A stretch of DNA of 64,000 nt from Patescibacteria group bacterium (GTDB lineage Bacteria > Patescibacteriota > Minisyncoccia > Phycocordibacterales > UBA9973). Shown piece after piece: positions 1 through 9,569 of the stretch. Each line of letters begins with the position of its first letter. The first letter of the stretch is position 1. The translations under genes were made by a program, and so were the position numbers. The notes under the pieces are model-generated. The model was given only the letters and a program-made list of their open reading frames with translations, did not search any database and had not been told where the DNA came from. The DNA lies in contig JBBTYD010000005.1 in the NCBI GenBank assembly GCA_038061925.1, positions 13,477-77,476 of the forward strand. The letters are read 5' to 3'.

Positions 1-320
1 AGGGATTATATTTAGGACAAGATTTTGGTAAGTTAGGTAAAGTGGTTAAAACTACGCCAGGAGAGCTAAAAAGCTTTACAAACATTGTTACAAAAGACCC
101 TTATCATGGCTTAAACCAAGCAATTTCCAGAGGGATTTCTCCCCAACTCATACAAGATACAGTAAAAAATCCTCTGATTAAATTACAACAAGACAGCAAC
201 TCCGTTTATCTTAATAAACAAGCTGGAGTTGTTCTTGATAAATTGGGCGGTTTAATTACTACGTATCATAGTAGTGAATTTAAGGTCCATATATCAAATG
301 TATTAAAAAGTATTAAATAA
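1..320 (+). CDS. 3'-terminal fragment of a protein that starts upstream of the window. Possibly the C-terminal toxin tip of a polymorphic toxin or TcC-like protein.
   Basis: The reading frame is open from nt 3 with no stop, so the ORF enters from upstream and ends at TAA 318-320. No recognisable catalytic motif. Its position directly before a small ORF and an Rhs-type shell gene suggests a toxin C-terminal domain. Confidence 0.35.
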   Translation, partial: GLYLGQDFGKLGKVVKTTPGELKSFTNIVTKDPYHGLNQAISRGISPQLIQDTVKNPLIKLQQDSNSVYLNKQAGVVLDKLGGLITTYHSSEFKVHISNVLKSIK

Positions 321-326
321 AAATTT

Positions 327-602
327 ATGAAAAAAAATGTAATAAATAATTCAATTAAAAAAATTGATAATTATATCCATGAAAGTGACCCATTAGGATT
401 AGGTGGAGCTTCCGGTGAATATTCGGATGTTGTATTTAACCTCTATAGAGTAGCAAAAGAAGGAATGGGTAAAATTACTAACAACCAAATTAAAAACGCT
501 TTTAAAAATATATTTGGCAATCTATCAGACACTTTAAATGTAGAAGACTTGAATCTTATCAAAAGTTTTATTGAAGAAACGATAATTTTAGAAAATGACT
601 GA
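327..602 (+). CDS. Small hypothetical protein (91 aa). Candidate immunity or accessory protein of the toxin locus.
   Basis: Starts 7 nt after the upstream stop and overlaps the start of the large RHS gene by 8 nt, implying translational coupling. No signal peptide. The immunity role is inferred from position only. Confidence 0.3.
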   Translation: MKKNVINNSIKKIDNYIHESDPLGLGGASGEYSDVVFNLYRVAKEGMGKITNNQIKNAFKNIFGNLSDTLNVEDLNLIKSFIEETIILEND

Positions 603-3600
603 AGAAAATAAATTTATGATAGAAAAAAAACAAAAAATAATTTCTTTAGTCACTCTACTGTTCTTGGTCTTTCAACCGCTCTCTTTTATTTTAGCTAATA
701 ACAAGACAACGCTACCTCCCACGCTTGCGCCGATAGACAACAGCTCCCCGGTGGATGACGCTCCATCCGTTCCTCTTTTAAAATCAGACCCCGCCGTGGC
801 CAGTTCTCTGCCACCAACATCGGAGGCGCCTTTAGATCTTTCTCCTGCGCCGGCAACCGACAAACTTACAGACAAGAAATCTTTAAGCAGTGTTCAGACT
901 AGCTCCGTCACTTCAGGAACGACACAGTCATACAGCCCCTCCGGCGCTCAAAAAACTTTGCAACCGAAAACAGATTTAAATACCGGGGCTTTGACCTTTG
1001 ATTATCCAATCTCTGCGCCTCCGGGCAGAAATGGTCTAACGCCAGATTTGAAACTTCAATATAACAGCAAGAACAATTTTAACAATAGTATGTTTGGTTA
1101 CGGCTGGACAGATAATATCCCGTATATTGAAAGAATAAACAAAGATGGAACAGACAAGCTTTATGCAGAAAATTATTTCTATTCTTCCACGGACGGAGAG
1201 TTGGTGTCTCAAGGCAACGGAAAATTCACACCCAAAACAGAGTCGGGAAGCTTTTCCAGTTATAATTTTGGAAGTGATCAGTGGCTCGTAACCGACAAAC
1301 AAGGAACGACCTATAAATTCGGTTACAATTCATCTGCCAGACAAGATGACCCAAATGACACTTCGCATATATATAAATGGATGCTGGAAGAAACAAGAGA
1401 CACAAATGATAACTACATCCAATACACCTATAACAAAGACGCGGGACAGATTTATCCGTCCGCTATAAATTATTCTGGCATCTTTGAAATTGAGTTTTTG
1501 AGAGAGTCCAGGGTGGATATAAATAAATCTTATGCCACGACGTTTCTGGTCGCGAGCAATTATCGGATTAGTGAAATACAAATAAAAATAAATAATGTCT
1601 GGGTGAAAAAATACAGTTTAGCTTATACGACGGGAGATAATGGAGTTCGTTCGTTACTCGAAAGTGTTACTGAATCGGGACAGGATGTGAATTCTGTCAT
1701 TACAACTTTACCCACAATTTTTTTTGATTATTATAAAAGCACTCCTGGTTGGAAACTTGATACTAAGACATACACTGCGCCTGTTTCATTTAACGGGTAT
1801 CAAAGTATGCTTGATGTTAACGGTGATGCTTTACCTGATATTGTCGAGTCATACAAATGGAATTGTAATCCAAACCAAGGAATAGTTAAAAACACATATA
1901 TAAATAATACACATAATGCTTGGAGTGAAAATAGTTCATTACAACCTCCAATTTTGTTTAGTCACTGTGATGCGCGTGGAAAGGAATATGGATATGGGTA
2001 TGGATGGAATCGGGGAGTGCGTACGGGAGATGTGAATGGAGATCTTTTGCCCGATATTATAAAGTCAGATGATCACACTCCCTATATTCTAAACGCAAAT
2101 GAATATGATACGTATATAAATACAAACGGTTCATCTTGGGTTCAAAATAAAGCTTGGCTTCCTACAATCACTTTCAATGGTGATGATGATAATGTTGATT
2201 GGAGTTCTTATTTTATTGATCTTAATGCGGATGGGTTGAATGACATTATACGGAACGGAGGAGGAGGAAACGAAAGAACTGGAACTCAAATAAATATAGG
2301 TACAAGTTTTAGTACGTCTACACAAAATTGGAATACCCCCGTTTCTTTAGCAACCTCACAAGATCTTAGTGTCCAATTTGTTGATATAAATAGTGATGGT
2401 CTCCCCGATATCTTATATCAATTTGATAGTTCTATTCCTAGTCGATCTGAAAAATCAATATATCTGAATAAAGGAGATGGAAAGTGGGTACTGGATAATT
2501 CATTTCTTTCAGATGAAATATACTTTGGTAATATTTATCAAGGCAATAGAATTGTCTTTTTTGATGTAAACAATGATGGACTTGTCGACGCAGTGCCAGG
2601 GAGCACCCTTGTGGATAGAAATTTTAACACATATTTAAATACTGGAACAGGCTGGGTGAAATCTCCGACCTGGAATGTACCAGGGAATCCTTGGAATCCT
2701 TGGATTAATTTTACAACATGGCCTTTTTTAAATATTGTTGATATTAATACTGACGGTTCCTTGGATTTTTTTATGACACAAAATTCAACTACCAATGCTT
2801 GGCTAAACAATACAAAAATTCCCACAGATACTCTCAAAAAAATAACTTCCTCAACAGAAGGTAACACTGATATTACTTATAAAAAATCAACACAATATTA
2901 TGATAATTCAAACAATCTTCTCAATCCAAATCTGCCTTTAAATCTAACAACTGTTTCCCAAATCACCATAAATGACGGCAACGGCAACAGCGAAACAACC
3001 TCTTATAGTTACGAAGGCGGTTCTTACTTTTTCAATACGGCTCTCGACCGCAAGTTCGCCGGTTTCAATAAAGTCAGCGAAACAGATTCGGTCGGCAACA
3101 CCACCACCACCTTTTATCATCAAGGCAACCCTTCGACCAGCTCAGGGCAAACACTTCTTGGAGAATATAACGATGACGAATGGAAAATAGGAAAACCGTA
3201 TCGAGTAGAAACGGCAGACAGTTCTGGTAATATCTATTCCAAAGCCATAAACAAGTGGGATGATTCTGATTTGGGCAATGGTAGTAAATTCGTGAAACTG
3301 GCGCAAACTATTGATTCCACTTACGATGGCGACTCAACGCACAAAGACAAAGCGGAAGGGTATGTATATGACAATTTAAACGGCAATCTTCTCCAAAAAA
3401 CAGAATATGGCGAAGTCGTGGGCAACGATAACGGCAGTTTCAGCGATATTGGCAACGACAGTTTTACCACAAATTACACTTATGCAATAGAAAGCGCGAA
3501 ATCTAAAGTAGCCAGTCAAAATACTGTAGACCAAAATTCAAACAAAGTTAAAGAGTCTCTCTATTATTATGACAACTTGCCATTAGGCCAGCTCTCGAAA

Positions 3601-5622
3601 GGCAACCAGACAAAAGAAGAAAAATGGAAAAATGGAAATACATATGTCAATATCCAAAAATCTTACAGAGGTTATGGCTTAGTGAAGGAAAGCGTTGACG
3701 CCAATGGCAATCCAACTAACTATGCTTACGACAATTTTAATTTATATCCCGCCACCATCACGAACGCCCTCAATCAAACCGTGAATCTGGCTTACGATTA
3801 TTCCACCGGTCAAGTCAAGCAAAAGATTGATCCGAATCATCGAGTCTTTCAATATGCTTATGACGGTTTAGGAAGACTTCTCTCGGAAAAACAACCAGAT
3901 CTCGTTGATCCTTCGTCTCTAGTCGTTAGAACCTCATACATATATACCGATACTCCCAACAATGTCGCAACGCAAAAGACTGATTATTTAGACGATTCAA
4001 CTAGCATTGACACATACACATACTTTGATGGTCTGGGCAGAAAAATACAAGAAAAAAAAGAAGCGGAAGATGGATATTCCGTCAAAGATTATGTGTATAA
4101 CAATCGTGGATTGCTGGACAAAGAATCATTGCCTTACAATAGTTCTGGCTCGGCCAGAACTGCCCCGACGACGACATCGGAGCTTTATACTAATTACACT
4201 TATGACCCAGCGCAAAGAGTAACTGCTTCTGTAAATAATCTAGGCACTATCACCAATACCTACAATGATTGGAAACTGACGATCACCAATGCCAATGGCA
4301 AAACAAAAGATCTATCCAAAGACGCTTATAATAATTTAATCCAAGTTGATGAACACCCTTCGATCAGCTCAGGACCGGCAACCACTTATTACTCCTACGA
4401 TTATCTCGGAGATTTGACAAAAATCACGGATGCTTTGGGCAACATCCGGAATTTTACTTACGATGGTTTGGGACGCCGATTGACAGCCCAGGATTTACAC
4501 GCGCCGGGCGACCTTACTTTTGGCGCTTATGTTTATACCTACGATAATAATGGAAATTTAATTAAAATTGTGGACCCCAATGGTTCGAGAAGCTCACCAC
4601 CTACGGCAATCAATTATACCTACGACGTCTTGAATCGGCAGTTAACTGAAGATTACACAAGAAACACCGGAGTGGAAGTAACTTACACCTACGACCGTGG
4701 CGCCGAGGGCCTAGGACGTCTCACAGGCATTGCCACCCGAGCGCTTGCTCAAACTAACACCTACAACGCAGTGGGCGAACTGAAAAGCGAATCAAAAATT
4801 ATTAACGGAGCGACTTATCGGACCAGTTATGATTATGACCGACTGGGCAATCAGATTACAATCACCAATCCAGATTCAGCCATCGTAAAATACAACTACA
4901 ATTCAGCCGGATTGCTGGAATCAGTTCAAAAGAAAGAAGCAAATGATACGGAATACACTGCGGTCGTTAGCAACTTCGATTATTCTCCAACTGAACAACC
5001 TGCCACCATTGTCTATCAGAATGGCGCAACCACCACCAACACTTACGATTCCACCAAACTTTACAGGTTGACTGCTAAAATCACGACCCTCCCCGGATCT
5101 CTCCATCTTCAAGATCTTACTTACACCTATGACGCAGTCGGCAACATTCTCCAAATAGTCGATGCCTCGGCAACGGACACTTCCAAAACAGCCCATTATA
5201 TTTATGATGATTTAGATCGCCTAATGGAAGCCGTGATAACCAATGTCGCGCCGGGTCAAAATGCCTATACCCAAACTTACACCTACAACGCAATTGGTAA
5301 TCTTTTGACCAAATCCGACTTTTCTGGAATTTATATTTACGGAGGTACGAATTATGCCAATCCGCACGCGGTCACATCTATTGGATCAACCCCGCTAACT
5401 TACGACCGCAATGGTAATGAACTAACTAAAGGTTCCGACTTAACCAATACCTGGGATTACAATAACAGGCTAAGTCAAGCCACGGCCGGTTCTAAGACCA
5501 ACGTTTACACTTATGATCCAAGCGGACAAAGAATCGTATCCGCCAATACTGCCTACACTATCACCGCCAGTCCAACGTCTCTACCCATTAAAAATCCAAT
5601 GCCTGCGCCACCAATAGAATGA
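595..5622 (+). CDS. TcB/Rhs-family shell protein (1675 aa). It has a signal/TM anchor, a Pro-rich linker, an SpvB-type N-terminal domain, an FG-GAP/VCBS beta-propeller, a mid region and many YD/RHS repeats. It ends without an RHS core or toxin tip.
   Basis: The N-terminal hydrophobic segment LVTLLFLVFQPLSFILA is followed by a P/S/T-rich linker. The SpvB/TcdB N-terminal pattern is LTFDYPISAPPGRNGLTPDLKLQYNS...FGYGWTDNIPYIERINKDG. There are at least 10 DxNxDGxxD FG-GAP-like repeats such as DVNGDALPDI, DINSDGLPDI and DVNNDGLVDA. More than 25 YD repeats follow, including YTYDxxGN, YAYDGLGRL, YTYDGLGRR and YDRNGN. The conserved RHS-core segment and C-terminal toxin are absent before TGA 5620-5622. 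Confidence 0.8.
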   Translation: MTEENKFMIEKKQKIISLVTLLFLVFQPLSFILANNKTTLPPTLAPIDNSSPVDDAPSVPLLKSDPAVASSLPPTSEAPLDLSPAPATDKLTDKKSLSSVQTSSVTSGTTQSYSPSGAQKTLQPKTDLNTGALTFDYPISAPPGRNGLTPDLKLQYNSKNNFNNSMFGYGWTDNIPYIERINKDGTDKLYAENYFYSSTDGELVSQGNGKFTPKTESGSFSSYNFGSDQWLVTDKQGTTYKFGYNSSARQDDPNDTSHIYKWMLEETRDTNDNYIQYTYNKDAGQIYPSAINYSGIFEIEFLRESRVDINKSYATTFLVASNYRISEIQIKINNVWVKKYSLAYTTGDNGVRSLLESVTESGQDVNSVITTLPTIFFDYYKSTPGWKLDTKTYTAPVSFNGYQSMLDVNGDALPDIVESYKWNCNPNQGIVKNTYINNTHNAWSENSSLQPPILFSHCDARGKEYGYGYGWNRGVRTGDVNGDLLPDIIKSDDHTPYILNANEYDTYINTNGSSWVQNKAWLPTITFNGDDDNVDWSSYFIDLNADGLNDIIRNGGGGNERTGTQINIGTSFSTSTQNWNTPVSLATSQDLSVQFVDINSDGLPDILYQFDSSIPSRSEKSIYLNKGDGKWVLDNSFLSDEIYFGNIYQGNRIVFFDVNNDGLVDAVPGSTLVDRNFNTYLNTGTGWVKSPTWNVPGNPWNPWINFTTWPFLNIVDINTDGSLDFFMTQNSTTNAWLNNTKIPTDTLKKITSSTEGNTDITYKKSTQYYDNSNNLLNPNLPLNLTTVSQITINDGNGNSETTSYSYEGGSYFFNTALDRKFAGFNKVSETDSVGNTTTTFYHQGNPSTSSGQTLLGEYNDDEWKIGKPYRVETADSSGNIYSKAINKWDDSDLGNGSKFVKLAQTIDSTYDGDSTHKDKAEGYVYDNLNGNLLQKTEYGEVVGNDNGSFSDIGNDSFTTNYTYAIESAKSKVASQNTVDQNSNKVKESLYYYDNLPLGQLSKGNQTKEEKWKNGNTYVNIQKSYRGYGLVKESVDANGNPTNYAYDNFNLYPATITNALNQTVNLAYDYSTGQVKQKIDPNHRVFQYAYDGLGRLLSEKQPDLVDPSSLVVRTSYIYTDTPNNVATQKTDYLDDSTSIDTYTYFDGLGRKIQEKKEAEDGYSVKDYVYNNRGLLDKESLPYNSSGSARTAPTTTSELYTNYTYDPAQRVTASVNNLGTITNTYNDWKLTITNANGKTKDLSKDAYNNLIQVDEHPSISSGPATTYYSYDYLGDLTKITDALGNIRNFTYDGLGRRLTAQDLHAPGDLTFGAYVYTYDNNGNLIKIVDPNGSRSSPPTAINYTYDVLNRQLTEDYTRNTGVEVTYTYDRGAEGLGRLTGIATRALAQTNTYNAVGELKSESKIINGATYRTSYDYDRLGNQITITNPDSAIVKYNYNSAGLLESVQKKEANDTEYTAVVSNFDYSPTEQPATIVYQNGATTTNTYDSTKLYRLTAKITTLPGSLHLQDLTYTYDAVGNILQIVDASATDTSKTAHYIYDDLDRLMEAVITNVAPGQNAYTQTYTYNAIGNLLTKSDFSGIYIYGGTNYANPHAVTSIGSTPLTYDRNGNELTKGSDLTNTWDYNNRLSQATAGSKTNVYTYDPSGQRIVSANTAYTITASPTSLPIKNPMPAPPIE

Positions 5623-5760
5623 TTAGAAAGAATATTTATTCAACCAAATAACCAGCATAAGCATTATCATAGGCCTTGACAATGATGCTGTAGGCAAAGG
5701 CGGAACTTATTAATGTTAAGATAAGAAAATACACTAATGTTTTATTAATTCTGTACATTG

Positions 5761-5833
5761 TGCGCCCGGTTGGGATCGAACCAACGACCTTATCCTTAAA
5801 AGGGATCTGCTCTACCAACTGAGCTACGGGCGC
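5761..5833 (-). tRNA. tRNA-Lys (anticodon UUU)
   Basis: The reverse complement folds as a cloverleaf: acceptor GCGCCCG/CGGGCGC, D-arm GCUC-AGUUGGUA-GAGC, anticodon loop CUUUUAA, T-arm GUUGG-UUCGAUC-CCAAC, discriminator A. CCA is not encoded. Confidence 0.85.
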
Positions 5834-5894
5834 ATAATCTCATTCAAACATAAAATATATACGAAATAAGCCTAAAAATCAAGATAAAATACAA

Positions 5895-6551
5895 CTAAAA
5901 AACTTTTAGTAAAAACTGTTCGAAAACCGCTTCCGCTTCAATTCCAACTTTGCGAGCTTCAGGCAAAAGGTAACTTAATTTGGAAATTAAATTTTTAAGT
6001 TCGGATGCGGAGAATTTGCGAAAATTTTTTTTTATTATCAGATCTTTTATTTTCCAAAAAAGAACGCCAATGAGCTCTTCCATTCCTACACCCTTATCCA
6101 TCGCCTGCCGAAAATAAATCCACATATTTAACTTGTCTTTCTTTTCAAAAGCGTTCGCGATTAAAAAATTATCAAATTTCTCTCTTTTTTCTTTGGGTAA
6201 TTCAAATATATTAAGCTGAAGTCTCTGGGGAGTAATTTTTTTAAAAACATCTAATATAGGTTTATTCAACTTGCCTTCTAGAAATATAAAAGAATTAACT
6301 GATTCGGCCATTAATTTTAACTTATCTAGAACAAAATCCCTTGTTTCCTCAAATTCCAAAATATTTTGAAAAACCACTCTGGATAACGGAGAAAAAAGAC
6401 TGGCGCCGGAATAAAAGCTTTCAATCTGAATCAGATTAAAATCATTCCTATTTATAAAAAAAAATTCCGCGCCGGCTGGAGCAGACTTTATGAATTTCTC
6501 ATAAGAGAGAAGTTTATTGTTAGCGTCATCGCCACTAAAAAGATATAACAT
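5895..6551 (-). CDS. Hypothetical protein, weakly DNA polymerase III delta (HolA)-like
   Basis: The N-terminus MLYLFSGDD resembles the HolA start, but the protein is only 218 aa and there is no strong motif support. Confidence 0.3.
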   Translation of the reverse strand: MLYLFSGDDANNKLLSYEKFIKSAPAGAEFFFINRNDFNLIQIESFYSGASLFSPLSRVVFQNILEFEETRDFVLDKLKLMAESVNSFIFLEGKLNKPILDVFKKITPQRLQLNIFELPKEKREKFDNFLIANAFEKKDKLNMWIYFRQAMDKGVGMEELIGVLFWKIKDLIIKKNFRKFSASELKNLISKLSYLLPEARKVGIEAEAVFEQFLLKVF

Positions 6552-6562
6552 AAATTTTTAAA

Positions 6563-7054
6563 TCAAAGCTTGACTTGCTTTTTATATTCTAAATAAGGGG
6601 TGCCGTATTTCTCGGTCAGGATTCTTTCCTGCTCGTTTAAAAACACAAACTTAGCAATAATAAAAGCAACCAGAACAAACAAAATCACAAAAAGAGCATT
6701 GGCGATGATCCCAAATCCTAGCATTAAGAAAAAAAGACCCCAATGCGTCGGACTGCGAGTATAACAATATGGTCCTTGGCAGAAAGTTTCTTTGCTTATA
6801 TTTTTTGTTTTTAAATCTCGCGAAGTCTTTTGCGCCCAAAGAATCAGAAAACTGGCAAGTACCAATAAAATAATACCTATTGGTGTCATAATGGAGTTTG
6901 AAAAAATTTTAAATTTAAAAATACTATCAAGATAGACACCGATTAAGAATAAAATAAAGCACAGAGTATACGAATGCGCTAAAATCTTATGCACTTTGCT
7001 TTTAGGGAGGTTTTCTTTATCTGAAACCTGTTTTATTTCATTATAAGTTTCCAT
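6563..7054 (-). CDS. Isoprenylcysteine carboxyl methyltransferase / phospholipid methyltransferase family membrane protein
   Basis: Multiple TM helices. The C-terminal segment RSPTHWGLFF...EQERILTEKYGTPYLEY matches the ICMT/PEMT signature RHPxY...EE..L...FG..Y..Y. Confidence 0.6.
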   Translation of the reverse strand: METYNEIKQVSDKENLPKSKVHKILAHSYTLCFILFLIGVYLDSIFKFKIFSNSIMTPIGIILLVLASFLILWAQKTSRDLKTKNISKETFCQGPYCYTRSPTHWGLFFLMLGFGIIANALFVILFVLVAFIIAKFVFLNEQERILTEKYGTPYLEYKKQVKL

Positions 7055-7079
7055 CCTTCATATTATACTACAAAATACC

Positions 7080-9515
7080 CTATTTCACTTCTCCGAAATT
7101 GTCTCCGGAGCCGGAGTGAACTTCTAGAGGAATTTCGGTTTTGTGGTGTAAATATGACCTAGAAAGCACATTCTGCATAGCGTTTTTTATTATTTTATCA
7201 GCTTCCAATAGGATAGTTTCTTCCACTTCATATACCAGCTCATCGTGGATTTGTAGCACCAGATGAACCTTGTCTAAGAGGCCTGCTTTTTTTAAATCTT
7301 CTTCGGCATACCTAATGGCCAGCTTGATAATGTCCGCCGTGGCTGTGCCTTGAATCGGCGCATTCGTCGCAGTCCGTTGCGCCATATTTCTTAAAAAAGG
7401 AATTTTAGAATCAATGTTTGGAAAATACCGGCGGCGACCAAATAAAGTCTCGGTAAAATAATTTTTTAAGGCAAACTTTTTTACTTCTTCTAAATAATCC
7501 CGCACCCCGGAAAATTGATTAAAATAATTATCATAAAATTTTTGCGCTTCTTCTCGCGTACCTCCTAGATTTTTACGTAAAGCGGAGACTCCCATCCCGT
7601 AAAGAATGCCAAAGTTTATCACTTTGGCTTGTCGACGCATCTCGCTATTCACTTCTAGAATAGGCACGCTAAAAATAAAAGACGCCACTCCAGAGTGAAT
7701 ATCTTTTTTCTCGCGAAAAATTTGGGTCATTTTTTTATCCCCGGAGAGTATGGCCGCCACTCGCAATTCAATCTGGCTGTAATCAAAAGCGCAAAGTTTA
7801 GAACCCTCTAGCGCGATAAACCCACCTCGAATTCTTTTTCCAAGTTCTGTTTTTATCGGCAGATTTTGCAAATTGGGATCTTGAGAAGAAAATCTCCCGG
7901 TGGTCGTGCCATTTTGCAAAAACTTCGCATGCAACCTTCCGTCGTCTCCAACCATTTTCGGAATTACATCAATATAAGTAGAAAGCAATTTCTGCAACTC
8001 TCGATAAGCTAATATTTCTTTGATTATCGGATGGGCTTCTTCAAGCTCCTCCAGGATTGAGACCTTGGTGGAAAAAGAACCGCTCATATTTTTCTTTTTG
8101 CCAGATTTTAGACCGAGCTTTCCAAAAAGCACTTCCCCCATTTGCTTGGGCGAGTTTATATTGAATTCTGCGCCAGCCATTTTATATACTTTTTTCGTAA
8201 GTTTGTCTAATTCTTTATGATATTCGACCGATAAATCTTCAAAATACTTTTTATCTATCAAAATTCCATAATCCTCCATTTTTTTCACTATCGGCATTAT
8301 TGGACGCTCTATTTCTTCATACACCCCAACCTGATTTTTTTCTTTCAATTGTTCAAAAATATATTCATAGGCAGTTTGAAAAGAATTAGTGTTGGCGAAT
8401 AGTAAAATATCATCTAACTGCGGATTGGAGATATTAGAATTTATAAGCCAAAGAGCGACACTTGCTTCTTGAAGCTTTAGGGAGTCTATGGTTGACAAAG
8501 AATCCCCCTGCAAAGAATTTTCAGAAACGTGGGTCCCCTGTCCTATGTCTCCGAGGGCGAAGTTTCTAAAATTCTTTGCGGGGGAGTTCTTCATATTAAA
8601 AAAGCCTTGCAAGCGCCCAAACAAGCTCCGAAATTCAAACAAGACAAAAACTTTTTCTATCTTTTTTAAATCCGCATTTTTCCAAAAGGTTTTTTCGGGC
8701 AAAATAAATTCAATCGGCGCATCCGTTCTAATCTTGGCTAAAGTTTTCGAGAATAAAGCTTCTTCCTCATTGTCTTTAATTAATTTTATCATTCTCTCGC
8801 TTAGACCCGCTTTCAAAAAAATTTCTTCACTTTTTTTTATTTTTTCGTAAATTTCTTCCAGAGAGCCAAAGGTGGTGATTAAAATAGTTGCAGTTTTCTC
8901 TCCAATACCTTTAATGCCGATAATATTATCCGACGGATCGCCACGTAATCCCTTATAGTCTGGCAAAAGTTCCGGTTTAAATCCAAAACGATTTAGAACC
9001 GCGTCTTCATCATACAAAATAGTTTCATTAATTCCTTTCTTGAGGGTATAAACTTGCACTTTTTTATCATCCACTAATTGCATCGTGTCCATATCGCCGG
9101 ATGCAATAATTATATTTATTCCACCCGCGGGCGGATTTTTCTTCATTTGTTTGACGATCGTTCCCAACACATCATCCGCCTCAAAACCCGGGCTATCGTA
9201 CATCGAAATGCCAAAAGCTTCAAATATAGAACGTGAGTTTTTTAGCTGGGTTATAAGCGCATCGTCAGCTTTTGTTCTACCCGCTTTATATGCGTCATAG
9301 GCAATATGCCGGAATGTTTTTCCCGGTAAATCATAACAGGCCGCAATATAATCCGGCTTTAGATCAGCAACTATTTTCATCAACATGGAGGAGAGTCCAT
9401 ATAACGCTCCAGTCGGCTCGCCCTTGGACGATAAAAACTCTGGCAACGCATGATAAGCGCGATGGATTATGGCGTGAGCATCTAACAATACCAAGGTCTT
9501 AGTGTTTGGGGACAT
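7080..9515 (-). CDS. polA: DNA polymerase I
   Basis: An N-terminal 5'-3' exonuclease domain (LVLLDAHAIIHRAYHA) is followed by Pol A motifs: motif A DYSQIELR, motif B RRQAKVINFGILYGM and motif C LQIHDELV. The likely start is ATG at 9515 (MSPNTKTLVLL). The ORF-track start at 9638 adds 41 hydrophobic residues and is probably spurious. Confidence 0.9.
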   Translation of the reverse strand: MSPNTKTLVLLDAHAIIHRAYHALPEFLSSKGEPTGALYGLSSMLMKIVADLKPDYIAACYDLPGKTFRHIAYDAYKAGRTKADDALITQLKNSRSIFEAFGISMYDSPGFEADDVLGTIVKQMKKNPPAGGINIIIASGDMDTMQLVDDKKVQVYTLKKGINETILYDEDAVLNRFGFKPELLPDYKGLRGDPSDNIIGIKGIGEKTATILITTFGSLEEIYEKIKKSEEIFLKAGLSERMIKLIKDNEEEALFSKTLAKIRTDAPIEFILPEKTFWKNADLKKIEKVFVLFEFRSLFGRLQGFFNMKNSPAKNFRNFALGDIGQGTHVSENSLQGDSLSTIDSLKLQEASVALWLINSNISNPQLDDILLFANTNSFQTAYEYIFEQLKEKNQVGVYEEIERPIMPIVKKMEDYGILIDKKYFEDLSVEYHKELDKLTKKVYKMAGAEFNINSPKQMGEVLFGKLGLKSGKKKNMSGSFSTKVSILEELEEAHPIIKEILAYRELQKLLSTYIDVIPKMVGDDGRLHAKFLQNGTTTGRFSSQDPNLQNLPIKTELGKRIRGGFIALEGSKLCAFDYSQIELRVAAILSGDKKMTQIFREKKDIHSGVASFIFSVPILEVNSEMRRQAKVINFGILYGMGVSALRKNLGGTREEAQKFYDNYFNQFSGVRDYLEEVKKFALKNYFTETLFGRRRYFPNIDSKIPFLRNMAQRTATNAPIQGTATADIIKLAIRYAEEDLKKAGLLDKVHLVLQIHDELVYEVEETILLEADKIIKNAMQNVLSRSYLHHKTEIPLEVHSGSGDNFGEVK

Positions 9516-9569
9516 TATGAAAATTATACCATTTAATATATACTTTATACATAATATCGTAATATATAA

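Noticed and set aside
5636-5818. 60-aa ORF on the minus strand
   Set aside because: It lies entirely over tRNA-Lys and its flank and has low complexity. It is spurious.
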